Source: Tetramitus jugosus
Taxonomy: Eukaryota > Protista > Heterolobosea
Assembly: GCA_937625935.1 (NCBI GenBank)
Contig: OW569355.1
Span: forward strand, 248,001 to 312,000
Direction: 5' to 3'
DNA length: 64,000 nt
Shown: in pieces, positions 31,256-44,400 of the stretch
How the letters are laid out: every line of letters begins with the position of its first letter
How positions within the stretch are numbered: the stretch's first letter is position 1
Made by a program: the position numbers and the translations under genes
The notes under the pieces: model-generated
What the model saw: only the letters and a program-made list of their open reading frames with translations
Databases searched by the model: none
Told to the model about the DNA's origin: nothing

Positions 31256-32396
31256 ATGTCAGACCAACCACAACACCAAGAAATTGAAGAACTTGACCTA
31301 TCCAAGAAGAAGAGACCACTGGATGACAGCGAAGGTGAAGAAGATGAAGATGTATGTACTAGTACCACGTGATGATATTCACTTCAAACATTTTAAATGC
31401 TGATGCTCTTGTATTCATGCATGACGTACCATTTGACTCACCAAACAACAACCAAACACAACCCAACTTAAAACACACACCGTTTTTGCATTGTGAAAAC
31501 AATCTCAATACGATGACGCAACAACACAGTACGAAGAAGAAGAAGAATTTCTCAACAGACAATTGACAAGAGAAGAGATGAATGAATTGGCAGGTGATAT
31601 CATCTCCAGTCTACCAGAAGAGCTTCAACCCATCTTGACCGAAGCTCATCGCATCCAGAATCAACTATTGGACTATAGAGCTCAATACGTCAAGGATCTA
31701 TTGGATTTGGAGCTAAAGTACGAACAACAGTACAACACATCTGTGTTTGACCTCAGAAAACCAATCATTCAAACGATTCCACAATTCTGGAAAACTGTGC
31801 TTTTGAACAGTGAACTGAGTCATGATATCCAGGAGAGAGACTTTGATTCATTGAATTACTTGGTCAATGTTCGATGTGAGACTTTTAAGAAGGAGCCATT
31901 GAGCAATGGTGATGAGGAGCAAAACGATACTTCCAAGCTCAACGGATTCACACTATTCTTTGAATTCGGTGAAGAAAATCCATATTTCAACAATAAGGAA
32001 CTGACAAAGACGTTTTATTTTGCCATGGAGAACGATTTGGAGATTGCTGGACGTTCCAAGGGCTGTGCCATTGATTGGAAATCAGAAGACAAGAACTTGA
32101 CAATCAAGGTCAGAGTGAAGAAGCAGATTAGTAAGAATGGAAAGAATATGAGAAAGAAGAAGATTACGGAACCATGCGATAGCTTTTATAACTTGTTTTC
32201 TGGTATTGATGAGGGTGATGTGGACGATGAGGAAGATGTGACTGCCGATCTGATTGAAGCAGATCACGAGATTGGTGGCATGATCAGAGACGACATTATC
32301 CCTAATGCACTTGACTACTATCTGGGATTGATGATGCCAGAGGAAGGATATGGTGATGAATATGATGAGGAAGACGACGAAGAAGGTGATGAATAA
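31256..32396 (+). CDS. NAP1: Nucleosome assembly protein 1 (intron 31352..31529)
   Basis: LELKYEQQY, IPQFWKTVL, FTLFFEFGEENPYFNNKELTKTF, GCAIDWK, DSFYNLF, DDIIPNALDYY, acidic tail. Confidence 0.92.
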
Positions 32397-32457
32397 ACTA
32401 TTTATCTCAGTTGCATGATGTGCTGATTGAAGTTTTAACACAAATGTGATCTTGCGT

Positions 32458-33315
32458 TTATTCGTCGTCATCAGAGTCATCTGCTTCATTGGCAGCAGCA
32501 GTCGCGGCTCCCTTCTTCTTTTTCTTCTCCTCAACAAACTTTATGACTTGCTTTGGAATGTTGAACTGAGATTGCAAGAGCTCAATGACTTCAAAGTGAA
32601 CATCACCTTGAATTTCAATACCAATGACTGGCTTCTTCACAACACTGGCACCAGAAGACAACTTTTTAGCAAAGAACTTGCTGGCATCCTTATGATTCAC
32701 ACCATAGTGCTCCACACCAGTGATCAAAGTGGCGTGCTTTCGCTTGTTTCTTGAGCTAGTAGTCACAACCACTGGTTCTTGTTTCTTGTTTGCCTCATCT
32801 TCAATCTTCTTCTTCTTGACTGGAAGAGAAGAAAAATCAAACAGCAACAACAACAACCATTAACATCATCCAAAACAAAACAACAAAAATGTAACTATAA
32901 AGAAAAACAACAACAACAATAACATACTCTTCTTATTCTTGTTCTTATCATTCTCTCTCAGTTCAACAAGTTGATCTCTCATGGAAGGATGGAACTCTGC
33001 CAACCATTTTTCACACTCGACCCACTTGTCATGGAACTCACAGTACTCAATTGGCAATGAACACACTTTGCAATACACGATATCAGTTCTGATTGGAGCT
33101 GCTTCTGCTGTTGATGATGATGTCGTTGTTGTTGAAGGTTCAGTTGTGCTTGTTGTTGCTTGTTGTTGTTGTTGTTTTTGATCATCATCAGAAGAGCTAA
33201 TGGTCGTTTGCTCCAATTGCTCTTCAATGGTGGTAGTTTCTTCTTCTTCAGAGTCGGAATCGTCAGATCTTCTCTTGCCTTTTCTTATTTTTGCTTTACC
33301 TCCCTTCTTTGCCAT
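32458..33315 (-). CDS. DENR: Density-regulated protein / Tma22 (SUI1 domain) (intron 32820..32927)
   Basis: VYCKVCSLPIEYCEF zinc-binding N-domain; RNKRKHATLITG, FAKKLSSGASV, IEIQGD. Confidence 0.92.
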
Positions 33316-33610
33316 TGTGTTGTTCTTGTTGTTGATCTTTGGATGTGTTTTGTTCTGCAGCAAGAAGAATGTTTGAGTTTTTTGGCGGGGAGGAGTTTTT
33401 AGCACGGACAAAAAGCAGAATTACAGGTCGTTTGCTTGTTCTGGTTCCTTTTTGCTTGACGTCCCTCTTTAAGTAGATCTGCTAAGAGCAGATCATATCT
33501 GTAAAGGTATGTTCGTTACATATCGAATTAAAAGTCCGGAAAACCTCCGAATGTCTGTGAATTCGAGTTATTTTTTTCTTGGATTTCATTGGTCAAATCT
33601 CTCAAAACAA

Positions 33611-34363
33611 ATGATGATCAATAGAGCTCTTGCGTCCGCTCCTGCCAAGATATTAAGAAACAAGAATTTGTTTCACCAAGTCAATCTGTCTAGATTCGTT
33701 GTTGATCAACCACAATGCCTCACCACAGTGAGACAGTTACATGGTCACAAGAAGAAGAAGGACATTTTTGAGACGAAAACAGTTGATGAGTGGAAGTTGT
33801 TTTTTGAGAGGAGACAAGAGTATGGTATTGTGAAGCATTTGAATTTTCAGATTGTTTCGATTGAGCATGGCAAGTTGGTGGCAAAAGTTGATGTGCAACA
33901 GGATGTACATATGGCACCGAATGGATACATGCACGCGGCTGGTCAAGTGTTTTTGGCTGATACAGGTATACATGCACTTTTATTTGTTAGAGCTCCGTTT
34001 TTGTAATTTCGTTGGGTGATACTAACAATGTGTTTATGTGTTGTTAGCTGCTGGATTTGGAGCATTTGCTCATTTGCCATCCACGGATAACACCTTGACA
34101 ACAATTGAGCTAAAGAGCAATTTCTTGGGAACTGCGAAACCGGGAGATACTCTTTATTGTTGTGCAGAGCTGAGGCATGCTGGAAGGTATGTATTTGTTT
34201 GAACTTGTGTTCGCTTTAACAAGCTTCACTCACACATTTTCATTTTATTAGATCTACTCAAGTGTGGGATGCAGAGTGCTATTTGATCGATGAGCATGGA
34301 AATAAGAGAGTTACTTCATTGTTTAGATGTACTCAAGCCATTTTGGAGAAGAAGCAGAAATAA
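33611..34363 (+). CDS. PaaI-family hotdog thioesterase with presequence-like N-terminus (introns 33966..34047, 34187..34251)
   Basis: Spliced protein HMAPNGYMHAAGQVFLADTAAGFG...TTIELKSNFLGTA...HAGRSTQVWDAE...LFRCTQAIL. Confidence 0.88.
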
Positions 34364-34506
34364 AACTTCTATTCAGCAGTTGAGACAGTCTTCTTTTTGT
34401 AATATCGACGACTGGAGGAGACCACAACTTGAAGTCTCTATTCTGCTAAAAGAGCGACCGTTTTTTGCGGTACGATACTTTTGTGTTGCACAACGAAGAA
34501 AATTAA

Positions 34507-35638
34507 ATGCTGCTGGGGAGAAAGGGTGCATATGAGACAAAGAACGAGTCTCATGAAAACTTAGATCGGTTAACAAAGAAGTTTTCGACAGATTTGAGAG
34601 TTCAAGTACGGAAACTTCAGTCGTGCCCGGTCTTCTCAAACGGTAAGTAGGTTGAACTATTGTCTCTTGTATATTGTGATAGCCACAGAATTGACAACCA
34701 TCTGGACCTCAGAGTGGTTCTTCTTTACAGATTTGGTTGAACATTTAGTCAAGGTAGCTTCCTTGGAGAACAAATCTCTTACCTCTGGCAGTAGCAATAT
34801 ATCTCAAGAGAACAAAGTACTTCCAACCAAAAGAAAGTCGAATATCATCACTTCGAGCTCGAAACTGATTGCTTCTCACAAGAATGACCAAAGAACCACT
34901 TGTCAGGTAATTAAACCCCACGAGTCAACATTGTGGGAGAGAGAAGAATATACGGTCAGGTATATTCTGGAGGAATGCAAAGCGAATTTGTTATTGAGAA
35001 TGATTGTGGACTTTAAGAAGTATCAGTATGATGTGATGAAAGGAATTGCGTTTATTCCACAGATTTCTCTCTATGATGAGACAACACTACGTTCTAAAAT
35101 GAGAGTGTTCGAAGAGAGTACAACACTATTGTTGAAATACTGCTTGATGGCTGTTGAAGTTGTACAAACCTTTGATATTGCTCTTCTTGCTCAACATGCG
35201 TCAGATGTTTTTGACTTTGTACTAAGTAATGATTATGTGTTTCCTGATGATCCAGCTCTATTGATGTCACAACAAGAGCTTCGAGTTGTTCAATGCATGA
35301 ATATGGTTCTGATATCGGCCGAGCGATTGAATGAAGAGTCTATTGCGAGTAAGTTCCTTGAGAAACACCTCCCACTGAAAGTGACACATTATTTGTCAAA
35401 GGGCATGAATAAGGTCAGTGAGAGTGCCTATTTCGAATTATCTTGGTTCATCTCATTGATGTTGGATCTGGAATATGTTAGAACAAACAAAGAATTAGTA
35501 TTCTCGACTGATGAGGACAAGAAACATCTCGTTTCACTCTACAATCCAATCATTAAACCACTCTTGACAGATTATGAAAAGAAAAAGGCATTGAGATCTC
35601 TCGTTGATATAATCAATCGCTTTGGTATGAATAATTAA
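34507..35638 (+). CDS. Hypothetical helical protein (intron 34643..34682)
   Basis: An ATG 34507 exon joins the 328-aa ORF in frame through a 40-bp GTAAGT...TAG intron. No family assigned. Confidence 0.7.
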
Positions 35639-35663
35639 AATAAGTGATTTGTTTTTACATGGT

Positions 35664-37379
35664 TTAGAGTTCTATTTGTTCATTCTTTGCTTGCAGAATA
35701 ATTTCATCCAGTCTGGTATTGAGATCGCGTAATTCATTGTCGTCCTTACAGGTTGAAATCTCTAGCCTGAGCGACTCGGCCAATGCCTGATACAACTCTA
35801 CTTGTTCCATGTTGGATTCTTGAGTTGCTTGGTCCTCGTCGAACAATCGTTCTCGAAGCATGTGTGGGTGACTCAACGAGTGAGGCAAATGTATTTGATC
35901 ATTGTTTGGTGATTTTGGCAGTTCTCCAATCTCATTGTCAAACATTCTGTTCATCTTTTTTGATTTAGGGGCGTTCGACCCTCCTCTGAGAATGGACAAT
36001 AAATCGTGAGTTGAAGCATTGCCATCTGTCGGGGTCATTGCTTCTTCGTCTTCATCCTCCTCGTCCTCCTCTTCCGTAACGTTCCTTACATCAAAGCCTT
36101 CCGTGTCAATCGTCATGCCATGATCGTTATTATTACTCGGCGAGGAAGGTGCACTACTGCGCAATGGCTTCTTCTTGGTAGTCTTCTTTCTCAAATTGTC
36201 CTCCGAGTTCAGATTCGGATCATTGCTAATCAACACATTGACAAAGAAAATGGTCACACTGTCATAAAAGAACTCTGGTCTCTCAGAGTTGTGATCACCT
36301 TCGAATCGAATCATATTCTTATCACCACTGTACACTTCATACAATCGTTCACTGTGATGAATTTTGATAAAGTCGTCGCCTTCTGCGTGAGCAAACAGTG
36401 CCGGAACATAGCAATTTTTTGCGTATTCAATGGGCGAGTTCTTTCGTATATCAAACTGCGCCCTATTCAATATACTCTTCCTCATGACGTTGATACCGAG
36501 CTTGATGGCCTTCTTGGGCACCCAACTCTGATGAGCCAACACCAATTCGGTCATAATGTCCTCCAGTGATGTAAACGGTGAATCAACAACGATACCTGCA
36601 ATCGTATGATCCAAATTACTGTACATTACACTGGTTGCTGCACCCATACTTCGTCCCCATAGTCCAATACGCGAAACTCGCTTACTGTCCCACAAGTGCT
36701 CCACAATCGATGCCAAATCCTGCTTTTCAAAGAATCCAAGTGACACATAATCGCCCTCCGACAGTCCACTACCAGAGAAATCAAACGCTAGCACCGTAAT
36801 GTTGTACGGTAGGAGAATTTGAACGGCATCGAGTGCATCGCATCGACTTCCACAATTTCCATGACAATAAATGACACATGGCATTCTAGAGTAATCATGA
36901 TAATCATATGCATGTGTATGTGTCAGTCAATCAGTTCATTATCATCATCATCATCATCAGTAGTAGAAGTAGAAGAAGAATGTAACAACAACAAAAAAAA
37001 AAGATAACAACACGTGTGAATGGAAATGGATGGGTGTACCTTTTGGTGGGTCGTTGTGAATCAATGGGTTGATAATGAGAGCACTGAATTTTGAATCCAC
37101 GCGAGTTGGTGACTGTGAAATCCGTTCGTTCATAAATCTTGGAGCCCAGTGTGAACAGTCGTGGACCTAGACTGACACTTGGTTCATACTAATATTTGTT
37201 GTTGTGAGTGTGTGTGTGTGAGACAAACGGTTGATAATGGATGATTGAAATGATGAAAATGATGTGAAAAAGCTTTTTTTTGTGGTTGTGTAGGTACATA
37301 CTTGGCTTCTCTGGGGACGAATGACAAGATTGCAAATATCGTTCCACAGATGACTAATGTTGCTGAGCTTGATGTTCAT
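35664..37379 (-). CDS. Alpha/beta hydrolase, YqkD-like (introns 37189..37301, 36886..37039)
   Basis: VIRPQR|YEP..LGP...RTDF...IQCSHY|PCVIYCHGN; nucleophile GRSMG; DDFI; GDHN catalytic His. Confidence 0.92.
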
Positions 37380-37695
37380 ATAGATGAAACTTTGTTTTTT
37401 CCTTCAGGTTTTTGGTGGTAGTCGACCTTTTGTTTGCGCCAAATTGAGAGATAATGACAGATGATTTTTTTTGGCGGGTTTTGTTCGACGTCGGGTGATT
37501 TTGTTGTCTACAGTAGAACTCTCGAGAACATCCAAAATTGAAAAGGAAAGTTGTTGTTCCTTCCGTTAGACCATTAATATCCATTTGGATCCTAGGCGGT
37601 TTTCAGTTGGTAGGTTCGTTGTAGTTCTTGCAGTCTGATCGTTCGTTCTTTCATTCGAAACTGTCCTGATAAAAGACCAAGAGAATACCAACAAG

Positions 37696-38925
37696 ATGGA
37701 AGAGTATGCAACTGTTCAGCAACAAGAGGTACTCTCCAGTGATGATCCATTAAAGTACGAGAGAAACGAAGAAGTTCTAAAGTCAGAAGAGCTAGAATTG
37801 TACTCTCGCCTGACACCCAAACTGAGTGTTTCATTCAAGTACCTTGGTAGTATTGCTCGAGAGATAATTCAACCTATCGTTTCGTCCACAAACGGAACCA
37901 AAGTACTTAGGCCTTCCAAAATGGATCCCACTATGAGTTCACTTGTATTGCCATCTTTGGTAAAGGATCCATCCAATCTGTTCGTCATATCCAACTCAAT
38001 CACCTTTGAAGTAAGGGATACTCTTCCTATTTACAAGATATATGTCGATGAAGGAGGTCTTGAGGGAGTAGATTTACGTCAGGTAACCACCGGTTGTCAT
38101 GTAATAATTCGAATTTCTGATGAAGGCATGGAACAGAGAATTGTGGAAGTCTCCCAAACTGAAAATCAATTGGCATTTATTACCACATTTAACATCAACA
38201 AGACATACTGGAACTCTCTCTCAGAAGAGTCTAAGAAAAATCTGTTTATGTCGGTGATGGAATTTCTCTATGATAGTGGAGATGCCAGAGCCAAGATTCC
38301 AGAGAATTGGTTTACTGATTTCAAAGAACAAGTTAGAGAGACACCAGAACTTCTTGAATATCTCGCAAACAGGTTATTATCTTGTTCAGAGAGTGAACTT
38401 GCCAGTGTCTTCCAGAAGGATAACAACTTCAATCTGTTGTTATCTATGGGGAACGACGAGTCCCAAATCAATCACCGACACAATCCCTACTCAGCTCTTT
38501 ATGATCAATTTGACTTAAGTTCTCAGAGCACTGAGGTCGCCTCCAAGTTAATGGAGAAGTTCATCAAGGATATTCTATTTCAAACTTCGTCATCATACTC
38601 GTTCGGCAGCGATAGATACTCCAGACAAATGGAGATTATCCTCTCAGAAGGTAGTGTTTCCTTCAGAATTCCCTTCTTTTATGGTGGAATGCATGGATGG
38701 ATGACAATGAACTTTCCAGGTTCATTCCTTGTCGACTATGAAGATAGTGCGAAGGATGAAGTAAAACCAGTTGTGCTTGATGATTCAACAATCAGTTGTT
38801 GTGGTAGAATGGTTGACCCAGAGGACATGTTTGGAATTTCAAAGGGGCAATTTAAATGCGGAACAGCGTTGGCCATTGTCCTTGGCATTTTGTTCTCTCC
38901 GTTCATCATCCTTGTGTGGAAATAA
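37696..38925 (+). CDS. Hypothetical tail-anchored membrane protein
   Basis: 409-aa ORF with a single C-terminal hydrophobic segment, ALAIVLGILFSPFIILVWK. Confidence 0.75.
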   Translation: MEEYATVQQQEVLSSDDPLKYERNEEVLKSEELELYSRLTPKLSVSFKYLGSIAREIIQPIVSSTNGTKVLRPSKMDPTMSSLVLPSLVKDPSNLFVISNSITFEVRDTLPIYKIYVDEGGLEGVDLRQVTTGCHVIIRISDEGMEQRIVEVSQTENQLAFITTFNINKTYWNSLSEESKKNLFMSVMEFLYDSGDARAKIPENWFTDFKEQVRETPELLEYLANRLLSCSESELASVFQKDNNFNLLLSMGNDESQINHRHNPYSALYDQFDLSSQSTEVASKLMEKFIKDILFQTSSSYSFGSDRYSRQMEIILSEGSVSFRIPFFYGGMHGWMTMNFPGSFLVDYEDSAKDEVKPVVLDDSTISCCGRMVDPEDMFGISKGQFKCGTALAIVLGILFSPFIILVWK

Positions 38926-39552
38926 CACTACGAAGATCTTTTTCTGCAATTGCTTTTGTATTGATTATTGGTCTTCCTTTATGATACACTTCGACGAGCG
39001 ATTCACAGCACTGTAGACTGACGGCACAAAGAAGTTCGTAAAAGATGTCAAAAATCACCGAGTTTCTTCCAAGAGGGATGGGAATACGATTCTGGGAGGG
39101 AATCAACCGTCCCTTCCTGTGTTACGTCGATGAAACGAGCAAACACTTCGACAACTCAATGACGCGGCCTTTGGTTTGTAAAATCATAAAATGTCACTTG
39201 TCAAACAACCGGTTTTTTTGGTGTTGATTTTCTCTGTTTTGCTCGAAATCTAGCGTGAACTTTATTGAACAGAACTCCAATTTTACTCTGAAAATCACAC
39301 CCACCCTGGTATCAGAGCAGTCAAACGCAACAATCAGTAGAAAGAGATTTCAACAATCACCAAAAACACCCGTGCGTGCCAAAGTGTCCACATCAGCCTA
39401 GTTCTCTCTGTTCACCCTCCAACCAAGAAACTATTATTCACGACTCTACTCGTGCAAACAACACCCCCCTCACTCAACACCAAAAAAACAAAGAACGATT
39501 CATATCCTCAACAACAAGCAACGCCAATAAACAACAACACAGATAGAATAAC

Positions 39553-41493
39553 ATGTTCAAATCGACACAAGATATTTCAGCGTTCCAACTACGAAGGAGA
39601 ACCATGTCGAAGAAGATGAAGAGAACGACCAATCCAAACGAAAACAGTCCTATTCTCTATGTCGATGTGCTCTATGGAAAATATTTGTGCAAGAATGGAA
39701 AAAGTTTGTGCTTGTTTTCTACTACTCTCTCTGTTTACTCCATTTCTTTCTCGTTCCTCCCCAGGTGTTTTTTTTCGACATGGGCAGTCAGTCAGTCTAC
39801 AGAAAAACTAACTGCTTTTTTGCTTTTACATGACATGTCAATTATTATTATCACATGACACGACATGATGATCTCAATCACCACCAACATTGAATCAACA
39901 TTGAATTCAACAGAGTTTGATTTATTGTACTGTGTCGTAGAGTATGATGGACAAGAGAACGTGACTGACGTTGCCCATGAAAAATCACAATCGAGCATGT
40001 CAGAAGTGCTTGAATGGAGCGATTCATTCATGTTTCAAGCACCTCATCTCAACAAAAACAATAGCACTACCACCACCACCACTACTCACAACAACAATAA
40101 TAATAGCTCTTCCAACTCCACTCCAACTACTCCTACGTCCTCTACTTCTCACTCTGCTTTGAAAGAAGCCACCGATAGCAGCAGCAACGACACACTGCGC
40201 GTTCACGTCTACAGTCGAAAATTCCTGGCAAAGGATTTTCATTTGGGCACCATTGTCGTACCGTTGAACACGCTGACCGATGAAGGCGTCACTAAAAAGT
40301 GGTTCAAGTTGGCAGAAGTCGACGGTATTACGGGCAGTATCATGCTAAAGCTACAATACACGGCAAGTGATCGTGGAAGAATGAATTTGTTGCAAGAGTT
40401 GATACCAGAGAATCATTATGCACCGTTGGTGAACTCGTTTGGCAATTTGTCTACGAGAAATTTTGTTGTCATGTTCGACAATGATACACTGATTCCGAAC
40501 GCGGCTGAAATTGAGTCGTTGCTCAAGCTTGTGATCAATTCGGAGACAAACACGTTGAATCGTAACTCTGTGATGAAACTGTTGGTGGATTCCGAAGTGA
40601 GAGCCAGTGCTTCCAATGTAGGAACACTGTTTCGAAGAAATTCATTGTGTTCAAAGTTGTTGACCTCGTACATGAACTACTATGGACAGAGGTATTTGCA
40701 AGCGAGATTGCAAACATTTGTTCAGACGTTGAACGATGAGGATGAAGAGTTGGAGGTCGATCCACATCGAATCAATCCAAACTCGGATCAAAAAGTCGAT
40801 GTCAAGAAGAATATGAAGATTGTGTTGAAAAAGACTGAACAGTTGATCAAGGAGATTACGGATCTGCCTAATGAGGTGCCATATGAACTGCGTGAGAGCA
40901 ACGGTATTCTAGCTCAGTCGATTGCAGAGATTTTTGCAGAACAAAACAAGAATAATTGTGTGGTGCAGACAGCGGTCGGTGGTGCCATGTTCCTTCGCTT
41001 TGTTTGCCCTGCATTGACCAGTCCTCACCTCTATGGATTGTTGCAAAGTGCACCAACGAGAAAGGCGCACAGAACACTCATGATTGTCACCAAGATTTTA
41101 CAAAATTTGGCCAATGGTGTCGAATTTGGAAAGAAGGAAGACTTTATGACCAAGGCCAACAAGCTCATCAAGAAACAAAAGAAGCCATTCACAAAGTTTG
41201 TCGAAGCCATTATTGCACAAAATTTGACACCTTCTGTGGGAGATGATGTTGAGCCTTCACAGCTCGTGTGGTCACTGTACAACCTGCACTCGTACTTGCA
41301 CAAGAATTGGGCCATCATTGTCAAGGCGCTGATGAGTCCAAAGGACTGCACTGAATACTCCTTCTCCATCCTTACGGGTTCCAATATATCGAAACAGGAA
41401 GTGTCCGAGATATTGATGCAACTCACGAGCGTGAAGGAGCAATTGGATAAGCTCGGAGAGCCAATCAAGATTGTGAAGGCTGTTTCTCAGTAA
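39553..41493 (+). CDS. C2-domain RasGAP (intron 39704..39913)
   Basis: Arginine finger TLFRRNSLCSK; signature FLRFVCPALTSP; KILQNLAN...FGKKEDFM; C2 strands LRVHVYSRKFLAKDFHLG...KWFKL...GSIMLKLQY. Confidence 0.9.
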
Positions 41494-41733
41494 CCTTTTT
41501 GAATGCGAGTCGGGTGTGTTCTGTATTACTATGCACTCGCTGATTCCCCTTTATTTATTTCTTCCAACAACGAACACACAGATAAAACTATCTGTCGTTT
41601 TCCCTATTGTTTTGTCAGATGCATGACAATAAACAAAATACCAAAGCTTTTTGATCAAATTTTCGTAAGAAGAAAAAACAAGTCAAGGAACAAAACCCGC
41701 ATCACACATCACAATCAAGCTTTGATAAAAAAA

Positions 41734-44400
41734 ATGACCAAAAAGAAGCCTGGCAACCACAAAAAGTCCTCTGCTTCCAGCAACCAAACACAACTACCAA
41801 TAACAACAACCACAACACAACACGCTTCTCCAACAATACCTTCCAATGAAATGACCATCAACAACACCAATAATCATCATCACAATGATATTCACATTGA
41901 ACCACCTCAAAAGCTTCCACCACCACATGAACAACAACACGTGTCATCTTCAACCTCTCCATCGTCATTATCACCTCCATCAACTCCTACTGATGACAAC
42001 AACAATAGCATAATAGCTTTTACTCCAATCATCCACACTCCTACCACAACAACAACAACAATGACGATGAGTAGTAGCACACCAATGACTCCACTCACTC
42101 CATTCTCACCACTCTCACCTTCCTTTCATCGATCACTCAATAGCAGCAACGTGACTACGAATTCTATTTTGACTCGAAAAGTCGCATCGGCGATCGCTGC
42201 TGCTTCTACACTTGGAGAAAATGAAAAATTGAGAAATTCACTACAGTACATTTCCACTTTTTATCATCATGATGATAACGATGGTGATGGTGGTGATGAC
42301 AATGATATTCACATGATGGATCATAATGCAATGATGACAAGATCCAAAAAACAACAACAAAATCACGATGATTTGCAGAGTATATTAGAAAAGAGAGCTC
42401 TAGAGAATCATGAGCTATTATTGAACGAATTCTTAAAGGTGAATGATCAATTGACTCTGTTGGACTCGGTTGTCAACGAGTTGAATCGTACGTGTGATGT
42501 GATTGATCAGCGATTGAATCGAAATCGTGATCAGAGTGCACAGTTCTTGTTGAAAATTCGATTATTGAACGATTCGATTCGCGAGACTGAGAATAGACAA
42601 CGTGATGCACAAGAGTTTTTGGATCGATTCCAGTTGAGTGACGATGAGAGAGATGTGATTGTCAGTGGACGAGTGGACACTGTGTTTTTTGCAACGTTGA
42701 AAAAGGTGCATGACATTTATACGCAGTGCACAGAAATGTTGAGAAGTGAACAGCATCGAGCCGGGTTGGAAATTTTGGAAGAAATGTCGAATTATCAGGA
42801 CATTGCCTATGAACGATTGTCGAGATGGATACAGAACAAGTGCAAGTATTTGGCTGCATCGGGTTTTGGTTCCTCCTCGTCCAATTTGCATCATTCAACA
42901 AACAAGTTTTTTGATTCGGATGATAATTTGATTACGGATCCAGATGAAGTTGAATTTATCGTGGAAGAGGAGTTGAAGTGTGCATTGGAGGCATTGGCAG
43001 AGAGACCTGTCTTGCTCAATTGCTGTATTAATGAAATTAAGAGTGCCAGGAGGAGTTCATTGTCTCAAAGGTTTATCGAGGCTTTGAAGAGAGGTACAGG
43101 CAGACACGGATCTCGCCCAATAGAAATGCAATTGCATGATCCGTTGCGGTACATTGGTGATATTTTGGCATGGGTCCATCAATCTGCGGCCTCTGAACGT
43201 GAATTGATTGATAACATCTTATCAATTCAACATGGCGGTAATATGGCCGATGAGGCAGCTGCTCTCAAATCACCGACTACTGATCATCCAAGTGCTGAAA
43301 TCTTAAAAAAGAGAGCCAGTTGGGATGCATCGCCGATTCACAGGAGACACAGTGTCAACTTCAATCAAAGTAAAACTCGACTATTGTTCGAGATTTTGAA
43401 TGATACGTTCAAGGAGTTAATACCTCACTTGGAAGATTGTGTCAGGCAAGTATTGAAATCTTCGAGTAAGGAGAACTTGGTTGTGTACTTTAGAGTGGCT
43501 CATGTTTTGGAACTGTACTCGTTCACCATTGGCAAACTGTTGGGTGAAGATTCAAGCATATCAACATTATTGATTCAATTGAAGGAGCAATCCATGGACA
43601 AGTTCTTCCAGGTATTGGAAAAGAATGTTCGTGAGATTACACAATCTGATGACATTATTATCCCTGATGACTTGAGTCCTCCAGAAACCATCAAGGACAT
43701 TATGGATAAGTTAAATGAAATTATGAGCACATACAACAAGTCTGTGGTGCCAGAAGAGCGCAGAGAAGAAGATTTTAATCATGTGCTATCAGCTGTGGTT
43801 GATCCATTGTTGACGAAATTGGAGCAATTTTATCAGAAACAAAAAGAAAATGCAGAATCGATCAGTAGTGGATTGCTATCAAAGAAATCGATACGCAACA
43901 TATCCGATATCCATGTATTTTCGATCAATTGCTATTTCCTCATGCAAAACTCGCTCGGCAATTTTACATTTACAACGAAGAAGGTGGAGCAGATTGTGAA
44001 CACAATGGACAGACATGTAGAAATGTTTATTACGCATCAATCTTGTTCTTTGTTGAGCCAATGTGGAATAGATGAGAAGATCACATTGATCAAGAGCAAC
44101 ACTGGTGTCGGTGTGCCTCTGTCCCAGGTCTCAGGTCTCGAAAGAACAGCTCTTGCAGAATTTATTCAACAGTTTTATGAGAATCTGTTCTCGTTGGGCT
44201 CTCAACTATTGGCACAGAGACAATGCTATCAGATTACCAGTGCTCGATTGAGAGTGTACACACAGAACAAGATTGCCTCTTCGCTCACATCGGCTTACTC
44301 TCTGTTGTACAAGGCGATACACGAAGCAGCAAACGAATACGAAAAGCCAGAAGAACTTGCCTACTACTCACCTCAACAAGTCATCACCCTGCTCGAGTAA
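41734..44400 (+). CDS. COG6: Conserved oligomeric Golgi complex subunit 6
   Basis: RAGLEILEEMS..Q..AYERL.RW; RPIEMQLHDPLRYIGDILAWVHQSAASERE; PDDLSPP. Start chosen at MTKKKP. Confidence 0.92.
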   Translation: MTKKKPGNHKKSSASSNQTQLPITTTTTQHASPTIPSNEMTINNTNNHHHNDIHIEPPQKLPPPHEQQHVSSSTSPSSLSPPSTPTDDNNNSIIAFTPIIHTPTTTTTTMTMSSSTPMTPLTPFSPLSPSFHRSLNSSNVTTNSILTRKVASAIAAASTLGENEKLRNSLQYISTFYHHDDNDGDGGDDNDIHMMDHNAMMTRSKKQQQNHDDLQSILEKRALENHELLLNEFLKVNDQLTLLDSVVNELNRTCDVIDQRLNRNRDQSAQFLLKIRLLNDSIRETENRQRDAQEFLDRFQLSDDERDVIVSGRVDTVFFATLKKVHDIYTQCTEMLRSEQHRAGLEILEEMSNYQDIAYERLSRWIQNKCKYLAASGFGSSSSNLHHSTNKFFDSDDNLITDPDEVEFIVEEELKCALEALAERPVLLNCCINEIKSARRSSLSQRFIEALKRGTGRHGSRPIEMQLHDPLRYIGDILAWVHQSAASERELIDNILSIQHGGNMADEAAALKSPTTDHPSAEILKKRASWDASPIHRRHSVNFNQSKTRLLFEILNDTFKELIPHLEDCVRQVLKSSSKENLVVYFRVAHVLELYSFTIGKLLGEDSSISTLLIQLKEQSMDKFFQVLEKNVREITQSDDIIIPDDLSPPETIKDIMDKLNEIMSTYNKSVVPEERREEDFNHVLSAVVDPLLTKLEQFYQKQKENAESISSGLLSKKSIRNISDIHVFSINCYFLMQNSLGNFTFTTKKVEQIVNTMDRHVEMFITHQSCSLLSQCGIDEKITLIKSNTGVGVPLSQVSGLERTALAEFIQQFYENLFSLGSQLLAQRQCYQITSARLRVYTQNKIASSLTSAYSLLYKAIHEAANEYEKPEELAYYSPQQVITLLE

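Noticed and set aside
31369-31440. Possible intronic box C/D snoRNA in the NAP1 intron (GTGATGA at 31369, CTGA at 31400)
   Set aside because: No canonical terminal D box at a suitable distance, no closing stem and no recognisable rRNA-complementary guide. It would need a snoscan/Infernal hit.
33476-33494. 8-bp inverted repeat GATCTGCT-AAG-AGCAGATC
   Set aside because: Short enough to arise by chance; bacterial terminator logic does not apply here.
41503-41733. N-terminal extensions in the ORF track for COG6 (also NOG2, DENR, the PaaI gene and 48332)
   Set aside because: They run through CAA/A-rich leader or neighbouring 3' sequence, some from non-ATG starts; downstream ATGs fit better.
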